This document shows, one piece after another, positions 1 through 12,653 of a DNA stretch of 64,000 nucleotides. How positions within the stretch are numbered: the first letter of the stretch is position 1; every line of letters starts with the position of its first letter. Source of the DNA: Macrostomum lignano (Eukaryota); the NCBI GenBank assembly GCA_002269645.1, contig NIVC01000001.1, positions 1,116,001 through 1,180,000 of the forward strand, given 5' to 3'. The translations under genes and the position numbers were made by a program. The notes beneath the pieces were generated by a model. It made no database searches. It was given only the letters and a program-made list of their open reading frames with translations, and was not told the DNA's origin.

Positions 1-288
1 AGTCAATTCTGCTTAACCTCCCGACGTGACTGAGGGCTTCAGTCTGAGAAGAGGACGCGGGATTTCAATTAAATTATTCCAACCCAGTGGCGCGTCTGAC
101 ACGACTCGGTCACTAGTGTTGTAACGGCTTTGCTAATCTTGATAACCTTGCTTCGCTTCTTTGTGTTGCATTTTTTCCATTTCATTAACACCAAAGAAGA
201 CAATCACCATACGGTTCGAGGTCACATAGTATCGCGGCGTAATTGAGCTATACGAGCTATAATCTCCACTGCTCGATAGAAGCGGAAA

Positions 289-647
289 GGGGTTGTAGCC
301 TAGTCGTTAGAGCGTCGGACTCACGACTGAAAGGTCGGGGGTTCGATTCCCGATCCCACTTGAACAATTTGTGTCCTTGAGCAAGACACTTAGCTCTGCA
401 TTGCTTCAGTTCACCCAGCTGTAAAATGGGTGCCAGCATTAGCTGGGGTAACTGAGGGTATGTGTGGCGACCCTCCAGTCCTTGGACTGAACAGCCGTAC
501 GCAGCCTTCAGATGCGCCGCGCAATAGCTGCGGCTGAGCTGTCGGTTGCACATCTTCCGTGGATTATTATATATTAATTATTTTATTTTATAATACCTGT
601 GAGAGCAGGCGTAATCAATCATGAGCCTATAATTATTATTATCATTT
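289..647 (+). mobile_element. tRNA-derived SINE with CORE-like central domain
   Basis: A-box-like TAGCCTAGTCG (296-306) and B-box GGTTCGATTCC (340-350). TGTGTCCTTGAGCAAGACACTT...CAGCTGTAAAATGGG (370-430) resembles the CORE/MIR core. AT-rich (ATT)n-like tail; imperfect flanking direct repeat ATAGAAGCGG(GG)AAA at 276-288 and 648-663. Confidence 0.75.
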
Positions 648-668
648 ATAGAAGCGGGGAAAGTCAAG

Positions 669-1116
669 CCTCAGTGCTTGAGAATCCGCCTCTCCGCTCC
701 CCTCAGTGCATGAGAATCCGCCTCTCCGCTCCCCTCAGTGCATGAGAATCCGCCTCTCCGTTCCCCTCAGTGCATGAGAATCCGCCTCTCCGCTCCCCTC
801 AGTGCATGAGAATCCGCCTCTCCGCTCCCCTCAGTGCATGAGAATCCGCCTCTCCGTTCCCCTCAGTGCATGAGAATCCGCCTCTCCGTTCCCCTCAGTG
901 TATGAGAATCCGCCTCTCCGCTCCCCTCAGTGCTTGAGAATCTGCCTCTCCGCTCCCCATCGGTGCTTGAGAATCTGCCTCTCCGCTCCCTCAGTGCATG
1001 AGAATCTGCCTCTCCGCTCCCATCAGTCCTTGAGAATCTGCCTCTCCGCTCCCTCAGTGCATGAGAATCTGCCTCTCCGCTCCCATCAGTCCTTGAGAAT
1101 CTGCCTCTCCGCTCCC
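669..1116. repeat. 32-bp minisatellite (CCTCAGTGCATGAGAATCCGCCTCTCCGCTCC), ~14 copies
   Basis: Unit starts recur at 671, 703, etc.; the overlapping ORFs are repeat translations. Confidence 0.95.
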
Positions 1117-1511
1117 TAAATTTCAAGTAATTTTGGATGCAACCACAATTACCTCAACGATGCCTATATCGCGGCACCAGCTCAACTCAAGCGTGGAGAG
1201 CCAGCTGCATGTTTCTGCTCAATCAAAGTGATTTCGAAATTTCAGTGAAACACCTGATGCAGCCACGCACGCAAATGTTTTGGGCTCAACAGATTTACTG
1301 TGCACTGGCGCATCAAATCTAAACGGTGTCAACACCTGAGCATTCTCGATTTAACAAGCTGCACTAAAAGAAGTATAAAATGTGCTTAGAGTTTATAAAA
1401 AGACTATATACAAATATGATTATTTATAGTATCATATTTGTTACTATTTATCTATTTTAAAGAAACTGCCAATTTGACTGACGCAAAAAGGATAAAAAAA
1501 TAGAACTGATT

Positions 1512-3340
1512 CAGGAGCTGTAATCCATTGACTGGATTCTGCAGGAGCTGTAATCCATTGACTGGATTCTGCAGGAGCTGTAATCCATTGACTGGATTCT
1601 ACAGGAGCTGTAATCCATTGACTGGATTCTGCAGGAGCTGTAATCTATTGGCTGGAATCTGCAGGAGCTGTAATCCATTGACTGGATTCTGCAGTAGCTG
1701 TAATCCATTGACTGGATTCTACAGGAGCTGTAATCCATTGACTGGATTCTGCAGTAGCTGTAATCCATTGACTGGATTCTACAGGAGCTGTAATCCATTG
1801 ACTGGATTCTGCAGTAGCTGTAATCCATTGACTGGATTCTGCAGTAGCTGTAATCCATTGACTGGATTCTGCAGGAGCTGTAATCTATTGACTGGATTCT
1901 GCAGGAGCTGTAATCCATTGACTGGATTCTGCAGGAGCTGTAATCTATTGACTGGAATCTGCAGTGACTGGAATCTGCAGTAGCTGTAATCCATTGACTG
2001 GATTCTGCAGGAGCTGTAATCCATTGACTGGATTCTACAGGAGCTGTAATCTATTGACTGGAATCTACAGGAGCTGTAATCTATTGACTGGAATCTGCAG
2101 GAGCTGTAATCCATTGACTGGATTCTGCAGGAGCTGTAATCCATTGACTGGATTTTACAGGAGCTGTAATCCATTGACTGGATTCTGCAGGAGCTGTAAT
2201 CTATTGACTGGAATCTACAGGAGCTGTAATCTATTGACTGGAAACTGCAGGAGCTGTAATCCATTGACTGGAATCTGCAGGAGCTGTAATCTATTGACTG
2301 GATTCTGCAGGAGCTGTAATCCATTGACTGGAATCTGCTGGAGCTGTAATCTATTGACTGGATTCTGCAGTAGCTGTAATCCATTGACTGGATTCTGCAG
2401 TGACTGGAATCTGCAGTAGCTGTAATCCATTGACTGGATTCTGCAGTGACTGGAATCTGCAGTAGCTGTAATCCATTGACTGGATTCTGCAGTGACTGGA
2501 ATCTGCAGGAGCTGTAATCCATTGACTGGATTCTGCAGGAGCTGTAATCTATTGACTGGAATCTACAGGAGCTGTAATCTATTGACTGGAATCTGCAGGA
2601 GCTGTAATCCATTGACTGGATTCTGCAGGAGCTGTAATCCATTGACTGGATTCTACAGGAGCTGTAATCCATTGACTGGATTCTGCAGGAGCTGTAATCT
2701 ATTGACTGGAATCTACAGGAGCTGTAATCTATTGACTGGAATCTGCAGGAGCTGTAATCTATTGACTGGAATCTGCAGTGACTGGAATCTGCAGTAGCTG
2801 TAATCCATTGACTGGATTCTGCAGGAGCTGTAATCTATTGACTGGAATCTACAGGAGCTGTAATCTATTGACTAGAATCTGCAGGAGCTGTAATCTATTG
2901 ACTGGATTCTGCAGTAGCTGTAATCCATTGACTGGAATCTGCAGTGACTGGAATCTGCAGTAGCTGTAATCCATTGACTGGATTCTGCAGGAGCTGTAAT
3001 CCATTGACTGGATTCTGCAGGAGCTGTAATCCATTGACTGGATTCTACAGGAGCTGTAATCCATTGACTGGATTCTGCAGGAGCTGTAATCTATTGGCTG
3101 GAATCTGCAGGAGCTGTAATCCATTGACTGGATTCTGCAGTAGCTGTAATCCATTGACTGGATTCTACAGGAGCTGTAATCCATTGACTGGATTCTGCAG
3201 TAGCTGTAATCCATTGACTGGATTCTACAGGAGCTGTAATCCATTGACTGGATTCTGCAGGAGCTGTAATCCATTGACTGGATTCTACAGGAGCTGTAAT
3301 CCATTGACTGGATTCTGCAGGAGCTGTAATCTATTGACTG
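1512..3340. repeat. 30-bp minisatellite (CAGGAGCTGTAATCCATTGACTGGATTCTG), ~60 copies
   Basis: Clear 30-bp period with occasional shortened GCAGTGACTGGAATCT units. Confidence 0.97.
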
Positions 3341-3693
3341 TACATTGCTACGTGAATTCAATGTAATCAATCAAGCTCGACATTGGTTCTTCTTTGATTG
3401 AAGGCGCAGTTAAGAGTTGTTTATCATTTTTCATGCAAGGGAAGATCTTCCCAATCGGAGGGATTCATGGACTTTCTAACGGGGAAAATAATTATATTCC
3501 AGCGGATAATTTCCTTGCCACTTTTTCAGTAATCGCTGGAAAAGCAAATTACGGACAGCTGAGCGAAAAAACCGATTATTTAAAATCTGCACCGACTTTG
3601 CATTGCAGCCGCCCCCGCTCTTGCTGACGCAGATAGGCGCAAGCAGATGTGCAAAACTGCGACGCACGTGTGCATTCAGTTAGTTCCCTGTAG

Positions 3694-4284
3694 GAGTAAG
3701 TTCATGATTGAGTTCACGAGTGAGTTCATGAGTGAGTTCATGAGTTCATGAGTGAGTTAATGGGTAAATGAGTGAGTTCATGGGTTCATGAGTGAGTTAA
3801 TGGGTAAATGAGTGAGTTCATGGGTTCATGAGTGAGTTTATGAGTGAGTTCATGAGTTCATGAGTGAGTTCATGAGCTCATGAGTGAGTTCATGAGTTCA
3901 TGAGTGAGTTTATGAGTGAGTTCATGAGTGAGTTCATGAGTGAGTTTATGAGTGAGTTCATGAGTGAGTTCATGAGTGAGTTTATGAGTGAGTTCATGAG
4001 TGAGTTCATGAGTGAGTTCATGAGTTCATGAGTGAGTTCATGAGTGGGTTCATGAGTTTATGAGTGAGTTCATGAGTGAGTTTATGAGTTCATGAGTGAG
4101 TTCATGAGTGAGTTCATGAGTGAGTTCATGAGTTTATGAGTGAGTTCATGAGTGAGTTCATGAGTTTATGAGTGAGTTCATGAGTTCATGAGTGAGTTTA
4201 TGAGTTTATGAGTGAGTTTATGAGTTCATGAGTAAGTTCATGCGTTCATGAGTGAGTTAATGGGTAAATGAGTGAGTTCATGAG
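3694..4284. repeat. 8/12-bp repeat (GAGTTCAT / GAGTGAGTTCAT)n
   Basis: Direct inspection. Confidence 0.95.
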
Positions 4285-4896
4285 CAAGTAATTGAGTCAT
4301 TTTTGCTTTTTAAAAGCCTAGAAGACTGCCTAAAATATTTTCGGCATGGAAAAATGATCAAAGAGCTGCCGTTGTATTATTTTCTGGCTTTCAAGCAGAA
4401 AACCTCTACGTTTTGAGGAGGCTAAAAGACAGCAAAATTACCGAAGCAGTCGGCGGCTGCTCAGAAGAGTCGGAGACAATGGTGGGTGCAAAAAGTGGAA
4501 ATGTTTCTGCGTTAATGTCAAGTTCGTGTGCAGAAAAATGCAGCTTGCGAGCCTGTGAGCTGAAATTTATCAGCAGAGGTCCCCAAAAATTACCCCGACA
4601 GTCATAAATTCAGACACGCCAGAAAGTACAGATCGGCCTCTGACTTCGCCTGGTTATAAAAATCAAACACATTAAGCCTCAAAATTCGAGATGATAACTA
4701 TCGGTGTTGAAAATCAGAGCTTGTTGTGATCCTTAATTAAAAACATAATTATTAGGCCTTAACTACTGGTTTCAAGGTGAGTGGCGCTTTTGAAGTAGAT
4801 ATTATAGCAACATCAAGTGGAAAAAGAAACAGGTTTTAGAATCAAATAGCTGTGCAATTCTAACTGCAAACACTTATGTATAGCTGTGTGCATATT

Positions 4897-5025
4897 GTAC
4901 ACCTGTGCTTTTCTATACCTGTATTTCTATACCTGTACTTATCTACACCTGTACTTATCTACACCTGTACTTATCTACACCTGTACTTATCTATACCTGT
5001 ACTTATCTTTACCTGTACTTATCTA
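4897..5025. repeat. 16-bp minisatellite (TACACCTGTACTTATC), ~8 copies
   Basis: Direct inspection. Confidence 0.85.
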
Positions 5026-7359
5026 AAAGTGTACTTACTATATCTATCTGTGGCAATCCTCATATATACTTTTATACTTATTCATACCTGCCCTTAAAAG
5101 TACTCTTGGCGTGCTCTGATCAGGCACGCCTACTTCTGTCGATAACTTTGTGACGCAATCGAGTTTGATATTCGCACAGACGAGCGAATGAGCCTCGCAT
5201 AGCTACCTACTAGCTTTGTGTGTTCTTCAGTCAAAGTGATACATTATGCAGCTGCACGCACCGTATTCCGCATAGATGACAGTAAAAAAGTTCAACCAAT
5301 TTCAGTGTCCATTTTCGCATATTTTAGTTTAATAGGAAACGTTTCATGAACTCGCAAAAGTCTTGACTCTTTCCACTACTGATTGAAAAAATTTGCTTTT
5401 ATAAAAATATACACAATTTTTTTCAACAAAACCTTTAATTAGCCTTAAAAGTCAAATTAAAAAGATACATTAGGCATATTATACCACGGAAATGGAAAAA
5501 AATTGTTGGTTTTGGCATAATTATCAATATAATTAATGTTTGGCTAGCTAGCAAAATTTTATACCACTTTCAAAGTACTTGCAATTGAAGGAAAATTTGA
5601 CCTTATACTGAGAACTGCCAAAAATCTGCAAATTTTAAACATGAAGCAGGTCCTCCATTTGTCATACGTAAAGCGTAAAACTCTGCACGCAGACAAGCAT
5701 AAGTTAAACAAAACAAAAAGAACTATAAGTATTTCAAATGTGATATACAAGTAATGAAAAAAGCAAAAAGTTGAAAAAAGAAAATGCTATGGCAATGGTA
5801 TTCCGGTATCAGCAAAGATAATTCTCAGAAAATAAAAACTAAAAACGTCGATGAAGAGTATGTGAATACAAATTGTATTTGATTGATTTTCTTGTAAAGA
5901 AAGTCACCTCAACCTAAAAAAATCTCTGTTTCAAACCTTAAAAAGCTGCTCTAATCTAGGGGTCAAAAGTCTAACAAGGACATCCGGCGATGCTGTGACG
6001 GCTTTTGCACTTTTAGCTAAAAGTCTACAGAAGCCAGTTCAGTTCGGTGCATCTCTCGAAATTGGCCGAAATTGAACCGGTCCTTGAAATCGAATTCTTT
6101 TGACCCGTAACTCGACCCGGGAGCTCTGTTATTATGCTTTATTGACATTCTTCGCGGCTGTATTTGATGACACATTTGAAGATTCGCGGCGAAGCCAACC
6201 TCAGTTAAACAAAATTGAAATTTGAAGGCTTCTCAAAGTTTCTTTATTTCTTATTTCAAACTAACTAGGGAAGAAAGTAGTTTGTCCAAGGACCACTAGG
6301 AACTCTTCGTAGAAGGACGTTGCACCCTCGATTCGTGTAAAAATATAGTTGAAGGCAGATTTTCGTTGTCGTATACAGCTTCCACAGGTGACTGGGGTGA
6401 CAGGTCAGCTACTCTAAGGCTTCCTAAACTTGATATTGATGTGCAGAGTGAGAGTTTGTCAGCATATACGAGTAGCTACATGTACCGTTTGTACGCATGA
6501 TCCCTGCACTGCTTATGAAACTCTCTTTTACCATACTGAATTAAAAAATATTGTGCAATTATAAAAGCGTTTTTACTTGTTTTCGTTGTTTACTTTTTCC
6601 ATTTTTGTATACTTTGCAACACTGTTTGACAGGCAATAAAATTCTGCTAAATCTCCTGGCTCCGATTATATTTTCAGAAACTTGTTACTACATGCCACTA
6701 ATGAAACTGCGAGAGCAATTCACAAAAGTTGCACCTAGGATTTTAAGCTACTTTATTGCTTCCTAAACTTGAAGTTTTGAATACGACCAAACGTACCAAA
6801 CGTCTCAAAAATATAGGTTGTCTCCATTTTACAGGATTTTTATTGCACCTACATTTAGTGGGAAACTAAACTAAATGACTTACACATGTACACAGCGTGC
6901 CTCTGTACCATTGGGTTGTGGGTGTAGCAATTCTGACGCGGAGTTAGCTACCACTTGAGCTGTTCCGGCCGAACTTTACCCGCAATGCTCCAACCCCAAA
7001 TGCTTCGTAAGTCTTAAAACAGAGATTTAGAGGACAAAGAGAGATGGCGTATGCACGCTGCAGAAAAAGAGCATTTCGGGCAAAGTTCGGCGGGAAATTC
7101 TCGTGGCACCGCACTATGTGGCACAGGGTGCAAGGCAGAATTGAGTACAACATCTTTCCCCTACACGAATTTTCGAATGAAATAAAAAAGAATGAAATCG
7201 GCCTTTTAAATAGGCTATTGCATTCGCATGAATTGAATTTAAAGTTCGTTACTGGTTCATTCATTGCTGTAACATGTTTCAATTATATGGGTCTCTGGAT
7301 TTTATTTTCCTAAAAGTTAAAACAGAGGTTAGAAAAATTTTTACTTCAAGGGCCAGATA

Positions 7360-7589
7360 AATAATCTTGATTATTGCTGTGGGCCAGGTGAGATTGGAAA
7401 GGTGATGGAATGAGGTAGAAAAGAAAGAGGAGATGAGAGATGACGAAATAGAGGAGAAATGAGAGGCGAGATAAGATATAAGATAAGAGAGAAGAGGAGA
7501 GATGTGAGGAGGGAAGAAAGGAGAGAGATGGAAGGAGAGAAGAAAGGAGAGAGAAGACAGCTGAGAAGAGACACGAACCTTGAGCGAGC
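7360..7589 (-). mobile_element. probable LINE 3' UTR remnant (pyrimidine-rich on minus strand)
   Basis: Minus-strand GCTCGCTCAAGGTTCGTGTCTCTTCTCAG followed by a long pyrimidine tract. A similar motif and tract occur at 23190-23365. The LINE origin is inferred. Confidence 0.4.
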
Positions 7590-9392
7590 CGGATAACCTC
7601 TTCAAGGCCAGCATTACCCTCGGCTACGTGCCAAAAGCCTGGCAAAAGGCTACGGTAGTCTTCATACCCAAGCCAGGGAAGGGAGGCTATCACTCTGCCA
7701 AGGCTTACCGCCCTATCAGTCTGACGTCTTTCTTCCTCAAACTGATGGAACGGCTGGTGCTCTGGTGCCTTCTCCTCGTAGAGCTGAGGAACTCCCCGCT
7801 ACCCCCTAATCCCCGCTCTGCGCTGCACGCCATTGTCGACAAGCTGGAGCGCGCCGTGCTTGGCAGTGGATACGCGCTGTCGCTTTTACTCGACATTGAT
7901 GGTGCTTTCCATAATTTGCTCTTTGAAGCCTTTAAGCGGGCCCTGGAATCCCGGGGCACGCAAGAGCACCTCACTCGCTGGATCATGTACATGGTCTCCC
8001 ATCGTACTGCCACCTCGCACCTCCTGGGACACTCCCGCTCCGTGGAAGTCCAGAAAGGCGGACCGCAAGGTGGAGTCCTCAGCCCGATCCTCTGGAATTT
8101 AGTCATGGACGAGCTGCTTTGCAGCCCGCATCCGGACCCAGTTCAGAAGGTCGGCTATGCGGACGATGTTACCGCCACTGTGGCTGGACCATCACCCGCG
8201 GTCCTCAGGGACCTCCTTCAAGCCTTCATCCACAGTGCCGAGCGCTGGGCACAGCTGCGGTCTCAGGTTCTCTGAGTCTAAAACCGTGGCTCTCCCTCTA
8301 CGGCAAACCTGTTGCCATGGAAAAACAAACCAGATGTCTGGGCGTCACCCTCGACCACAGGTTGAGTTGGACCCCGCACGTCCAAACCAAAGCCCGCAAA
8401 GCTCTCGCGACTCTCGCGCAGATCCACAGAGCTTTCGGTGCTACCTGGGGCCTCACCCCCGCCGCCTCTGGTGGATTTACACTGCCATTGTTGGACCGGC
8501 CATCTCCTTCGCCGGCTTCATTTGGAACAGTGCCCTAGAGGTGAAAGGGGTTCTTGAGGTTCTAAATAGGGTGCAAGGCCGCGCTTGTCGAGCTATCATG
8601 AGCGCGGCTCCCTCAACGCCCTTCGCCGGCATGAACTCCTTCTTGGACATTCCCCCCTCGACCTCTTTGTTAGAGGGGAGGCTATGAAAACCACCCGCCG
8701 TCTGCTTGACGCGGGTGTCCAAATCCAGAAGCAGTTCGCCTTCAGAAAGCGGAACCTTCGGCCGCATGGTGACCTCAGCCTGCGAGACCTGGAAGCAGCG
8801 AGAGGCCTGCTGACCATCTCGGACGGAATCCCGTCCACGCTCTGCCCCCCGCTCAAATTCAAAACCAGCATTCCACCACGTCATGAAGCAAGGGACAACT
8901 GGAAACCCCATGAAATCCACTGCTTCACTGACGGGTCCCTAATTAACTCCGCCTCTGGCTACGGCTACTGCATCGTGTCTTTAGGGAGAACTGTGTCGAC
9001 TTTCTCCCAACACACCGGCACCTGCTCCACCGTCTTCCAGAACGAAGTTCTCGCCATTGGCTCTTGCGCCATGGAGCTATATAATCAGCGCGTCTGGGGG
9101 AAGGAAATTACCCTCCACTCAAACAGTCAAGCGGCGATTCACGCCCTTGAGCGCAACACCACCTGCTCGCGTACAGTCCTCGACTGTATCGGACAGCTCA
9201 ACCGCTTAGGCGCCTCTGGGCATTCCCTGGGCAGGTGGATCCCTGGGCATTCGGGCCACCCCGGCAACGAGCTGGCCGATCGCCTGGCCAAGGCTGGCTC
9301 GACCGATTCTTTTACTGGTCCTCTGCCCGTGGCCCCCACCCCCACCGCCGTTGTCACCACTCGGATCAACCAGTGGGTGGCTTCTAAGCACC
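7590..9392 (+). mobile_element. decayed non-LTR retrotransposon, LOA/R1-like, RT plus RNase H; 5' and 3' truncated
   Basis: RT motifs VVFIPKPGK..YRPISLTSF.LK.MER, LDIDGAF, GGPQGGVLSPILWN and GYADD. RNase H motifs FTDGS, TVFQNEVLAI, SNSQAA (D to N) and WIPGHSGHPGNELADRLA. Frameshifts near 8270 and 8600-8680; deletion of the Q.GF.G.ST segment. Confidence 0.9.
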
Positions 9393-10375
9393 GCTGGATA
9401 GTCGCCGCGCAGTTGTCAAAGCTCTTGGCGGTGGCGAGAAGGGCTGAGTCGTCTGCGTAGAGTTTGATGTTGCAGTCCTTGGCCGCCTCGGCAACGGTCG
9501 CGGCGAGATCGTTAATGTAGACAAGCCAGAGGATGGGTGCTAGAACGCTGCCTTGGGGGAGTCCTTCTTTGAAGATGTACTCCCGGCTGTAGACTTTGCC
9601 GAGGCGTACCCGTGCGCGGCGGTCTGAGAGGAAGCTTTGAATCCAACGGATGATGTGCAAATTAACTCCAAGGTCGTAGAGTTTGGTGTAGAGAGCCGCT
9701 TTTCAGACCTTGTCGTATGCGCGACTAAAATCCAGGAGGCAGAAGATAGAGCGGAGTTGTGGGACCGCCTCCAGCCCATCGAAGATATCCTGGCAGATGA
9801 TAGCAATAAGTTCTTCCGTTGACCGGCCCTTGCGGAAACCCGCTTGTGTGTTGGACAGTCTTCCGGAGTTTTCGTGGAAGTGCCGCAGTCTTTGGAGGGC
9901 CATGCGCTCCGCCAGCTTGGCTATGCAGCTGGTGAGGGCGACTGGGCGGTAGGAGTCCGGTTTGCTGGGATCCTTTCCTTTTTGGGATTGGGATAATCCA
10001 GGCGCGCTTCCATTGCCATGGGCAGTCGGCATTAGTCCAGGCTCGGTTGATGAGATCGAGGAGTCTGATGTCGGTTGACGGGGGGAGATGCTTAATCATC
10101 TCGTTGGTAATACCGTCTGGGCCGGGGGCTTTGCCGGACTTCAAGGAGCGGACCGCGTGGCGGTACTCGGTGGTGCTAAAAGTCGAGCAGATGTTGGGTT
10201 GGTTTTGTCCGTGGCAGTCGCACTCGGTTCTCAAGATTCGTTGGGCTTTTTTGTTTGTGGGCCCATCCTGTGGTCTCTTTTTGAGTATTGAGACCGCGCT
10301 GTATATTTGTCCAAACAGGTTTGCCTTCTCCAGGTTTGTACGCGCAGGGCGACTTGGCATGGTGGGTCGCTGACC
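9385..10375 (-). mobile_element. decayed non-LTR retrotransposon RT, Ingi/I-group-like
   Basis: KAPGPDGITNEMIKHL, W..AWIIPIPK, KGKDPSKPDSYRPVALTSCIAKLAER, QAGFRKGRSTE, LDFSRAYDKV, GLPQGSVLAPILW and YADD, spread over three frames. Confidence 0.9.
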
Positions 10376-10599
10376 TTGCTGCAGCTGCTGCTACTAATTA
10401 TCCAGTCTCTGAAATGCAGTGCTGGACCAGTTTCTTGTACAGTAAGAGACTGGTGCTTGCGCCGAGACTTGGGGTGCTGCCAGCAGTCTTGCAGCGCCTC
10501 ACCCCAGGCGGCTCCTTGGGCGCTCGAGGAGCGGAGCGGCTTTTTTCTAGGAGCAGCTTCATGTCCTCCATGATGCGTCAGGCCTCTGTCATGGATGCA

Positions 10600-11520
10600 G
10601 TTTGATGCGCTCGCGATCGACCGCTGACAATCGTGACGAATTGGATGATGAATGCTTCCGAAGAGAATGGCCGACCGCTGCCGGTCATGATTTGCTTCGG
10701 AATCCCGAACATAGCGGACCGTTGACGGGTCCAATGGCATCGACACCGATCGTCGACCATGCCGACTTCAGTAGCGTGGGTAGCGTCGGTTTGGCCGTTA
10801 AAACTTCTGTCTGATTGGTGACTGAATGCGTAATCGCGAGTTGGTTAGTTGGGAGACCTACGGGAGTGACTCTCCGGACACTCAAGTTCAGCTGCTTTGA
10901 TTCCGCCAGCGCTGCCAATTCTGCCGATGTGCGTCTTCCTTTTCGGCTCAAATCGCAATACCCCGAATACCCCTGCAGGTTACCCACCACTGCCAAGTCG
11001 ATCATGCCTTTCGAGCCGAAGACACTTACCAGGAGCTTATAACCCTGCCGGCAGTTTCCAGGGGCGACCGAGAGCCGAGTTCGAAGGAAGAATAAAGCCG
11101 CCTTGTTGGCAGCTGACGTGGCGTTTTAGCATGCAGTCTCGATCGCTTTTAAGAAGTTTTCGTGTCGATGAGATTGCAGCTGGCGCAACTGTCGACGAGG
11201 GCTTCCAGTCGCTTGCCGTCGATTGAGACAGTCAGTAGCGGCAGTTCGTCTTTGGTCAGACAGAACACCTCATCGCAGTAGTCGCTCGGTAGACTGCTGA
11301 AACCCTCCGGGTTCTGTCGCCTTTGATCATTGAATTGAGGATGTGCACGCGCGGTCTCTTGAGTTTCGCTTGGACATGCAGGCCTTGGCAAGGTGTCCCG
11401 GTTTGTTGCAGATGCTGCAGGTTCTCCATACGGCAACGTGGTTACACTTAAGTAATGTGAATTGTACAATAGTTTGATGTACATTATACGTCGTCATGCA
11501 ACCAGCGCTGAGGAAATTCT
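10600..11520 (-). mobile_element. internally deleted Ty3/gypsy LTR-retrotransposon relic (gag knuckle, protease, integrase fragments)
   Basis: CCHC knuckle CSICNKPGHLAKAC (11378-11419); protease VSIDGKRLEALVDSCASCN (D at 11191-11193); integrase pieces AWSTIGVDAIGP and FGIPKQIMTGSGRPFSSEAF. No RT/RNase H between protease and integrase; no LTRs recognised. Confidence 0.8.
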
Positions 11521-12335
11521 GCCCATTTCGCTGACTCCTGAGCAACAAGCTTAAGGATACTGTACATGCACGCACCGATCATATTAGGTGTACACAGTGG
11601 CCAGGCACATAAAAAACACTCTCTGTTGCCTTGGGGACTGGCCCCTTCATAGGTGTGGGTCGCTCAAAAACTACATGTACCAGCGAGCACAAGCTCTAAA
11701 TGCATCCAGCCAAAACAAAAATTTGAAACCGCGGGCCAAGCCCCTAAGCTGCATGGAAGCTTTAGTTTATATGACTGAGGAGCCCTCGAAAACTTCTTAG
11801 GTGCGCAAAATTCAGTTGTCGAGGCATGCACCGCGAGCAGAAGCCGTTAAAGAAATCTAGTAAAAGTACTTTTTGAAGCTCGTAATTATAATATTTGATG
11901 CTTCTTGGCAGGAATTTTTAGAATTCCAGCTGATGTCAATCAGCTAATAATAAGCAGTTTTCGAATGTATTAATTGCTACTTTATGCAGGCCCGTGTCGT
12001 AAGTCAAACCCATGCAGTTCGTTACAATATTGCAGTGCATAAAATTTACTTTTTAGTCTTGCAATCGAGGACTTTTTTAATAAAGGAACAAAAAGTGAAT
12101 CCTTTTTCTGATTTTAAAATCAGCGAAAATCAATGGAAAATCGATATTACTTACTATCAAACAGTAGTAATAGATGTACATGTAAAATTTTTGTATTGTC
12201 AGCCAAATGCCTCAGATACTAGGGTTTATTCTAAGGCACTTGAAGACACTTGATAAATTTACTCTTAACATTCATGGTCAACAACATGTGTACATGATCT
12301 ACTAGCTTTCTACTACAGATGTATGTTACATGTTC

Positions 12336-12373
12336 GTGTGCCTGCTCAGGGGAGTCGGCGGAATGGGCAGTAA
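12336..12373 (+). mobile_element. short fragment of the SINE family at 38883
   Basis: GTGTGCCTGCTCAGGGGAGTCGGCGGAATGGGCAGTAA, nearly identical to ~39127-39164. Confidence 0.65.
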
Positions 12374-12647
12374 AATTACTTTCGGCCAAAAGTCCTAGCA
12401 ACGCCCAATTTTATTTTAGTTTTCAGAGTTGCGATATTTCGGGTTTGTGATGGCAACCCCCTCGCAAATATATAGTAAAACCGGATCCCCACAACATGGA
12501 CACATCTCTTTGTCTGTCTGCCACTCGGGAGCCACTTCCCACTGCAATAATCGAAGGCTTCGCTTTCAAGTCATTGCACCAGCCGTCAATATATGATTGA
12601 AGGGATTGATGCTGCAATGATTACAAAACATAGCATAACATAAAAAC

Positions 12648-12653
12648 TTTATT
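12648..12653 (-). promoter_or_regulatory. candidate polyadenylation signal of the CCCH zinc-finger gene
   Basis: AATAAA on the minus strand ~470 nt past the stop codon. Confidence 0.4.

Noticed and set aside
1512-3340. CRISPR-like array (30-bp hairpin repeats)
   Set aside because: Units are head-to-tail with no unique spacers, there are no cas genes, and the context is eukaryotic. The same applies to all other arrays.
863-3370. Long ORFs on both strands (DYSSCRIQSM / TGFCRSCNPL repeats)
   Set aside because: They are translations of 32- and 30-bp minisatellites, open on both strands, with no splice context.
6944-7313. Overlapping 89-112-aa ORFs
   Set aside because: No recognisable domain or splice partners.
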